57,971 bases of DNA. Source: Omnitrophica bacterium GWA2_41_15. Lineage in GTDB: Bacteria > Omnitrophota > Gorgyraeia > Gygaellales > UBA12090. The stretch lies in the NCBI GenBank assembly GCA_919901925.1, contig CAKKQA010000033.1, positions 1-57,971 on the forward strand, written 5' to 3'. The position numbers were made by a program, and so were the translations under genes. The notes under the pieces are model-generated. The model searched no databases. It saw only the letters and a program-made list of their open reading frames with translations, and was not told where the DNA came from. Of the stretch, positions 52,768-57,971 are shown in pieces. Each line of letters opens with the position of its first letter. The stretch's first letter is position 1.

Positions 52768-53478
52768 TTAAATCCCGCCGAATCTCCGCTTTCTGTTTTG
52801 ATACTCGCTGATTGCCGCCATAAAATCATTTTCTTTAAAATCAGGCCAGAGTGTTTCTGTAAAATAAAACTCGGCATAAGAAGCCTGCCACAAAAGAAAA
52901 TTACTCAAACGGATTTCCCCGCTGGTACGGATTAAAAGGTCCGGATCAGGCATGCCTTGCGTATAAAGAAAGGCGGCAAAAATCTTCTCGTCAAAATCCT
53001 CTGCTTTTATCCTGCCTTCGCTTAATTCCCGGGCAGCTTTTTTTGCCGCGTCGGCAATTTCCTGGCGCGAACCGTAATTAAAAGCCAGGCATACGGTCAA
53101 ACCGGTATTATCTTTAGTTTGCCTCTGTGACTCTTCGAGCCGCTTCCAAAGATAAGCAGGTATCGGGTCTTTGCGGCCTATAACAATCAACCGCACGCCG
53201 TTTTCATTTAATTCATTAATGTTGTTGCTTAAAAAATTATCCAAAGAACGCATGAGAACTTCGATTTCCGCCTTTGGCCTTGACCAATTCTCCGCCGAAA
53301 ACGCGTACAAGGTCAAAAATTTCACGCCGCAATCAGCGGCAACCCTAAGAATTTCCTTAACCCGTTTTATCCCCTCTTGATGGCCCTTAACCCTTGGCAG
53401 GCCTTTTGCTTTAGCCCATCGTCCGTTGCCATCCATTATTATTGCGACGTGCTTAGGAATATTGTCTTTTTCAACCAT
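52768..53478 (-). CDS. uppS: Isoprenyl (undecaprenyl) diphosphate synthase
   Basis: HVAIIMDGNGRWA and RTSGEIRLSNFLLWQ motifs. Confidence 0.95.
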   Translation of the reverse strand: MVEKDNIPKHVAIIMDGNGRWAKAKGLPRVKGHQEGIKRVKEILRVAADCGVKFLTLYAFSAENWSRPKAEIEVLMRSLDNFLSNNINELNENGVRLIVIGRKDPIPAYLWKRLEESQRQTKDNTGLTVCLAFNYGSRQEIADAAKKAARELSEGRIKAEDFDEKIFAAFLYTQGMPDPDLLIRTSGEIRLSNFLLWQASYAEFYFTETLWPDFKENDFMAAISEYQNRKRRFGGI

Positions 53479-53525
53479 ATAAATACGCTACGCTTCAAAA
53501 GTAACCCAAAAAACATAAAGTTATC

Positions 53526-53631
53526 GTCATTGCGAGGAGCTACGGTTAACACGAGGCGACGAAGCAATCTCGTTTCTAAAAGCGAGATTGCTTCGTCACT
53601 GATATGCCAAACGAGGGTTCCTCGCAATGAC
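53526..53631. repeat. Family A element (A8)
   Basis: Same consensus. Confidence 0.92.
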
Positions 53632-53652
53632 AATTTTCTTTTGCCCGGCTAT

Positions 53653-55233
53653 CTACTGATGCACCCTGTAATCTATCTCCGGGAAAATATTGTCCTTGCT
53701 TTCAATATCAGCAAGCCAATTTTCGTCTATTGCTCCGGACTTAATATCTTCATACAACTTACTAAACCTAAGCAAATGATCTTTAGTCCTTTTGACAGCA
53801 TAATTGGTATGCGTGCCTGTGCCCATAATAAATGCCCAATCCGAGCCTTGCGCCAAAAGAAGTTCGCGCAGCGACTGGTTTAACGAACGTTTAACCAAAC
53901 CATCGGCATCTGCGTGAGCCTTTACCAGCTCATCCATCTTTAACGACGCTTCGTGCAGATGGCGGTATATCCAATCATTTGCCCCCTGAAGCCACATCTC
54001 GGAATAACCTTTATATCCCCAGCTGGACATCGAAGGGCTAACCACTTGATTGAGGGGATTTTCCTGTAAATATTCCATAGGATTTATCATCCGCACCATA
54101 CTTTGATCATAATAAAGTTTGCGGATTAAAAACTCAAGCCACATCGGGCCTTCAAACCACCAATGGCCGAAAAGTTCGGTATCATAAGGAGAAACTATTA
54201 TCGGCTTCTTGCCAAGAAGCTCATAAAGAAATTCCACCTGGCGATGGCGGTTGAATATAAAATTACCGGCGTGGTCCGCCGCCTTCTGGCGTGCTACCGC
54301 GGCAACGTAAGGTTTTTTATCGTCGCCGTTTCCGCTGATACGGAAATATTTGATGCCGGTGTTTTTCCTTATGCCGTCAGGAGAAATATAACCGCGCACG
54401 TAATCATAATCAAGGTCAAAACCGATGTCACGGTAAAATTCACGGTAATTATGATCCCCGGGGTAGCCTTCTATCGACGACCATACTTGTTTTGACGACT
54501 CTAAATCCCTGCCGAAACAGGCAACATTGCTACCCCTGCAGTAAATCGGCGCGAACACTCCATACTTAGGCCTGGGAGTCGCGTGCAATATGCCATGGGC
54601 ATCAGTGAAAAAATACTTTAACCCCGCTTCTTTAAGCAGAAAATCATCCCCAGGATTATATCCGCATTCGGGAAGCCATATCCCCCGGGGCGGTAGCCCA
54701 AAAATCTTTTCGTAATGGCGGACCGCGGTCCTTATCTGCGCCTTCTTAGAAGACGCGGATACTCCCATTAAAGGAAGATAACTATGGGTCGCGGAACAAG
54801 TAATAATCTCAACTTTCCCGAGATCTTGAAACTTTTTAAAAGCTTTTGTCAAATCATTGCCATAGCTGACAAATGTAGCCCGGCACATATTAAAGCGTTC
54901 CAGGTACATTATCGCGAGCTTGTGAAAATCAGGTTCAAAACGAGTACGTTCTACTTCCTTATGCGCCAATTCAATAAGCTTATCTATATGCCTTAAATAC
55001 CTGCTTTGAAGAAGGCTGTCTGTAAGCATAGATAACAATGACGGGCTTAAAGACATAGTGACGCGGAAATCTATGCCATCATTAACTAACCGTTGGAAGA
55101 CATCTAACAGAGGTATGTATGTCTCTGTTATCGCTTCATACAACCAATCTTCTTCGAGGAAATTTTCGTATTCCGGATGGCGCACATATGGCAGGTGCGT
55201 GTGCAAAACTAAACACAGATATCCCTTGTTCAT
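53653..55233 (-). CDS. GH57-family 1,4-alpha-glucan branching enzyme
   Basis: MNKGYLCLVLHTHLPYV start (GH57 region I). ...WLPECGY, ...ELFGHWWFEG catalytic regions. The tracked start 55278 lies in repeat E4. Confidence 0.85.
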   Translation of the reverse strand: MNKGYLCLVLHTHLPYVRHPEYENFLEEDWLYEAITETYIPLLDVFQRLVNDGIDFRVTMSLSPSLLSMLTDSLLQSRYLRHIDKLIELAHKEVERTRFEPDFHKLAIMYLERFNMCRATFVSYGNDLTKAFKKFQDLGKVEIITCSATHSYLPLMGVSASSKKAQIRTAVRHYEKIFGLPPRGIWLPECGYNPGDDFLLKEAGLKYFFTDAHGILHATPRPKYGVFAPIYCRGSNVACFGRDLESSKQVWSSIEGYPGDHNYREFYRDIGFDLDYDYVRGYISPDGIRKNTGIKYFRISGNGDDKKPYVAAVARQKAADHAGNFIFNRHRQVEFLYELLGKKPIIVSPYDTELFGHWWFEGPMWLEFLIRKLYYDQSMVRMINPMEYLQENPLNQVVSPSMSSWGYKGYSEMWLQGANDWIYRHLHEASLKMDELVKAHADADGLVKRSLNQSLRELLLAQGSDWAFIMGTGTHTNYAVKRTKDHLLRFSKLYEDIKSGAIDENWLADIESKDNIFPEIDYRVHQ

Positions 55234-55244
55234 AGTTAAAAACC

Positions 55245-55335
55245 TTTGAAACACAGATTGGCACAGATTTCCTGCCAACTGATGTTTTCACAGATGGGCA
55301 CAGATAAAATTTATATCTGTACTCGTCTGTGTTTT
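55245..55335. repeat. Family E composite with units in both orientations
   Basis: ACACAGATTGGCACAGAT ... CACAGATGGGCACAGATAAAATTTATATCTGTACTCGTCTGTG. Forms a hairpin between the DUF4912-like and GH57 genes. Confidence 0.8.
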
Positions 55336-56350
55336 ACTTGGTTTCTTTATTCACCATCGGCGTGATAGTCCGTTCGTCAATTCCGTCGGAGGATTTCGCA
55401 TTGACCGGTATAACTTGCTCTCCATCGGGCAGGGCGAAACGCATAGAAAACGTCCCGTCAGCTTTTAACTTTATCGGCCTCCCGCAAACCGTGACTTTCG
55501 CGTCAGGTTCTGTCGCGCCATAAACAATCAACTCGGTATTAACAATCAACCAGAAATTCCTTTGCCCTTTCTTTCTAACCGGGCTTAAAAGCCCGGAAGA
55601 AATCCCTCCGGAAGAAAAAGCCCGTTGGCGCAATTGATCCCAAGGTTTCTTTAAACGCACAGGCGACCCCCCAAGCCCGGTTGCGGTGGCATAAAGGCGC
55701 GCGAATAAATCTTCGGGGACAGCCCATTCTTCATCAGTTATCCATGACGGCCCATCCAATGGCGTAGCCACTACGTTAGAACGCAATATCATTATAAACC
55801 TTCCGTCTGCAAGCCTTAAGCCGAAATCCACGCACCAACTTCTTCCGGATGAAGAGGTGTCTATATACCAACTTCCGGCATTAGGAGAAACTTCTATATC
55901 AAATAACCTGTGGGCATTAAACCCGTTAAAGTCTATATAGCTTACATCATAAACTCTCAAAACCTTCTTCGCGCTATCGAATAAATTACCTAATTCACTT
56001 TCTAACCGCCGGTACGTTGTATCCTTGACTTCCCAATAAGCAAAAAGCCACCAGGGGTCGCGCACCTGTAAAACTATTACATCCCTGTCATATTTGGCAG
56101 GCAAATCGTTAGACAAAGCGCTCTTAGAAAGCGCGTCTTGCGGGCGCGTAAAATATTTCGCTTCTTCTACTGTTATTTTTTCTTGCAGTATTTCAGGCTG
56201 AGCAAAACTAACTTTTCCGGCTGTTCCAGGCGTTTTACGTAACGCCACTCGAGGCTTCAGGCGGCCAGGCTTAACAGCTTCGAGCTTCGCTTTTGATTTT
56301 TTATTTGACTTGAGCTCATTAGACATATTCCCCTCCCTCCTTCGCATCAA
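55334..56350 (-). CDS. DUF4912-like protein (usual neighbour of GH57 branching enzymes)
   Basis: 338 aa; VIVLQVRDPWWLFAYWEV motif. The start may be at 56326 (MSNELKS). Confidence 0.55.
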   Translation of the reverse strand: MMRRREGNMSNELKSNKKSKAKLEAVKPGRLKPRVALRKTPGTAGKVSFAQPEILQEKITVEEAKYFTRPQDALSKSALSNDLPAKYDRDVIVLQVRDPWWLFAYWEVKDTTYRRLESELGNLFDSAKKVLRVYDVSYIDFNGFNAHRLFDIEVSPNAGSWYIDTSSSGRSWCVDFGLRLADGRFIMILRSNVVATPLDGPSWITDEEWAVPEDLFARLYATATGLGGSPVRLKKPWDQLRQRAFSSGGISSGLLSPVRKKGQRNFWLIVNTELIVYGATEPDAKVTVCGRPIKLKADGTFSMRFALPDGEQVIPVNAKSSDGIDERTITPMVNKETK

Positions 56351-56394
56351 ACTAAAAATGCGATGAAAATATTCTTTACGTTATTCGCGATTCT

Positions 56395-56422
56395 ATAAAA
56401 ACGGGGGATAACCATCCCCCGT
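56395..56422 (-). terminator. Intrinsic terminator
   Basis: Minus strand ACGGGGGA-tggtta-TCCCCCGT followed by TTTTTAT. Lies 50 nt after the stop at 56473. Confidence 0.7.
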
Positions 56423-56472
56423 AGTGTTTCGCTCTCCCGCGGCTTAACCCAAATCAAAACAAGGTCAACGCT

Positions 56473-56874
56473 TCATAGTTGTGGTTTTGGCCTGGCGTTT
56501 AAGGCATCAATAGTAGTAAGGGCTTCTTTGAGGTCCTTTTCCAAAGTTTCTTTTAGCCTGGCCACCTTTTCAAGCTCCACTTTTAATGCCTGTTCAGCCA
56601 ACTGCTCTTGAGATAATTCTTTTCGCGTATCTTCGAGGGATGATTTCTCGTCGGACAAACGTATCACAGCCTTTTCCAATTCCCGGGACAGCTCTGATTT
56701 TTCTTTTTCTAATTTCGCGTTCTTTTCCTCAAGCTCCATAGTCAAGGCAGCCTTCGTATTAACCGCTTTTTTGTAACGGCCCAAAGACATACCGGCTTCC
56801 ACCCAAAGCAAAAGGAAAATAATATTTAAAATGATAATGATTACTATTATACGGTTCTTTACAGACTCCTCCAC
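56473..56874 (-). CDS. Membrane-anchored coiled-coil protein
   Basis: 133 aa; one N-terminal TM segment, then heptad-rich EKNAKLEKEKSELSRELEK... sequence. Confidence 0.6.
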   Translation of the reverse strand: MEESVKNRIIVIIIILNIIFLLLWVEAGMSLGRYKKAVNTKAALTMELEEKNAKLEKEKSELSRELEKAVIRLSDEKSSLEDTRKELSQEQLAEQALKVELEKVARLKETLEKDLKEALTTIDALNARPKPQL

Positions 56875-56904
56875 GGCTGCCTCCTTGCCCGCTCTCTGCT
56901 TATC

Positions 56905-57597
56905 TTATTTAAGATTCTCAACAGGCTCTTTTAATTCTTCTTCGCTTGCGGCTGTTTCCTGAATTTCTTTTTTTGCTTCCTTTTGCCGGCCCTTCACTTT
57001 CGCGACTTTAGGCAGGACTACTATCTCTACGCGCCTGTTTAACTTCATATCCTCTTTTGTATCATTAGCGGCAACAGGGTGATACTCGCCGTAACCGATC
57101 GCGCAAACCCGGTATCCTGAAATGCCTTTCTCATCCGTCATATAGTGCAATACACTAAGCGCCCTCGAGGAAGACAGCTCCCAATTAGACTTCCATCCGG
57201 AATATTTTATCGGCTCATTATCCGTATGGCCTTCTATCCCTATGTTATATTCGCTTAAGTTCTCCGAGAGGACCCTTGCTACTTTATCAAGCGTCGGCAG
57301 GCTCTCTGTCCTTAGTTTCGCTTTACCCGAATCAAAAAGCACATCTGCCACAAAGGTTATAACCAAGCCTTTTTCAGCCATCTCCAAACGGACCTCTTTA
57401 TCCGCTATCTCCTGTTTCAGCCGTTCAGAGAGCAGATTCTTCGCCGCGTTTAACTCGTCAAGCTGCTTGCTTAATTCATCTATCTTTTCAACATCAGACC
57501 TGCGGCCTTTCTGAAAGATAAAGGTACAGCCGCTGATCATAAAAGCAAAAATTAGAATAATAACTAAAAGGGCGGATTTCTTATAGTCGCGCGACAT
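56905..57597 (-). CDS. OmpA/MotB-family peptidoglycan-binding protein
   Basis: N-terminal TM segment, coiled coil, OmpA_C motif IGIEGHTDNEPIKYSGWKSNWELSSSRA...NRRVEIVV. Confidence 0.85.
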   Translation of the reverse strand: MSRDYKKSALLVIILIFAFMISGCTFIFQKGRRSDVEKIDELSKQLDELNAAKNLLSERLKQEIADKEVRLEMAEKGLVITFVADVLFDSGKAKLRTESLPTLDKVARVLSENLSEYNIGIEGHTDNEPIKYSGWKSNWELSSSRALSVLHYMTDEKGISGYRVCAIGYGEYHPVAANDTKEDMKLNRRVEIVVLPKVAKVKGRQKEAKKEIQETAASEEELKEPVENLK

Positions 57598-57768
57598 TTT
57601 GGTGCCTCCAGATGTTAAGGTAATTGATTCTTCTTATATCCTTCTGCTTCAACAGGATATATCTCTAAAATATAAGTTAGCACAAGTAACGTTAGTAGTC
57701 AAGCGAAAAACGCCAAAAATCTACACAAAAATCGTAACTGGTCAGTAAACGGAGGCGGTTTTAATTCC

Positions 57769-57874
57769 GTCATTGCGAGGAGCTGTTGTCGGCAAATAGC
57801 GACGAAGCAATCTCGTCTTAAAAAACGTGATTGCTTCGTCACCTGTATGCCAAGCGAGGGTTCCTCGCAATGAC
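57769..57874. repeat. Family A element (A9), sitting inside another inverted repeat
   Basis: Same consensus. Flanks gtcagtaaac (57741-57750) and gtttactgac (57892-57901) are themselves complementary. Confidence 0.9.
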
Positions 57875-57971
57875 GATGAAAGGATTTCCCCTGTTTACTG
57901 ACGTATTACCAAAAACCTACTATCTAACTATGGTCTCTTCCCTTTTGGAGCCGACTGAAATATAGGAAATC

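Noticed and set aside
57924-57971. Possible 3' end of a further minus-strand gene at the right edge (…DFLYFSRLQKGRDHS-stop)
   Set aside because: Only 15 codons are visible, with no motif, so a call cannot be supported.

Overview
This is a 57.97-kb bacterial chromosomal segment, apparently from an uncultivated anaerobe; no phylum can be assigned without a database search. Every credible gene lies on the minus strand: 56 protein genes, one short leader ORF and one candidate sRNA. The plus-strand ORFs in the track look like shadow ORFs.

Gene content, from high to low coordinate:
- An OmpA/MotB-like protein with a coiled-coil partner.
- Glycogen genes: a GH57 branching enzyme, a DUF4912-like protein, and later glgA.
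- The uppS-cdsA-dxr-rseP-ispG-proS cluster.
- An orphan CpaF-like ATPase.
- rimP-nusA-infB-trpS.
- scpA-ruvB.
- Queuosine genes queH, queA and tgt.
- trmD-rplS-rnhB-yraN.
- A Wood-Ljungdahl / CODH-ACS block: fchA-folD-(secreted protein)-metF-oxidoreductase-cooS-cooF-oxidoreductase-acsB.
- An AT-rich type II restriction-modification island with two methyltransferases and a small PD-(D/E)xK nuclease.
- A TPR protein, then polA, glgA, coaE, rho, rpmE, prfA-prmC and murA.
- A split trp operon: trpG-D-C-F, then a beta-CASP RNase, an sRNA candidate and htpX, then trpB-trpA. trpA is truncated by the window edge and is absent from the ORF track.

The most unusual aspect is non-coding. Almost every intergenic spacer is filled by one of several families of hairpin-forming repeats:
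- (A) Nine copies of a ~105-bp double-stem element, GTCATTGCGAGGA...GACGAAGCAATCTCG...CGAGATTGCTTCGTC...TCCTCGCAATGAC.
- (B) GTAGGGG-N-CCCCTAC palindromes that often carry the upstream gene's TAG stop codon.
- (C-F) Hairpins whose arms are tandem arrays of 7-9-nt units. Fragments of the same units occur in frame inside trmD, tgt, prmC, glgA and the SpoIID-like gene.
- (G, H) 200-265-bp rod-like elements inserted in the CODH operon.

Other points worth follow-up:
- A promoter-to-terminator ~270-nt sRNA candidate.
- A leader ORF that duplicates the HtpX N-terminus, differing only by synonymous changes.
- A CACAGATNGGCACAGATA motif that replaces the Shine-Dalgarno sequence in front of prfA, queA and dxr.
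- A TrpRS with a Thermotoga-like Fe-S cysteine motif.
- A ProRS in which the editing (INS) domain is replaced by a short Cys cluster.
- An unusual redox-partner arrangement around cooS, acsB and metF.
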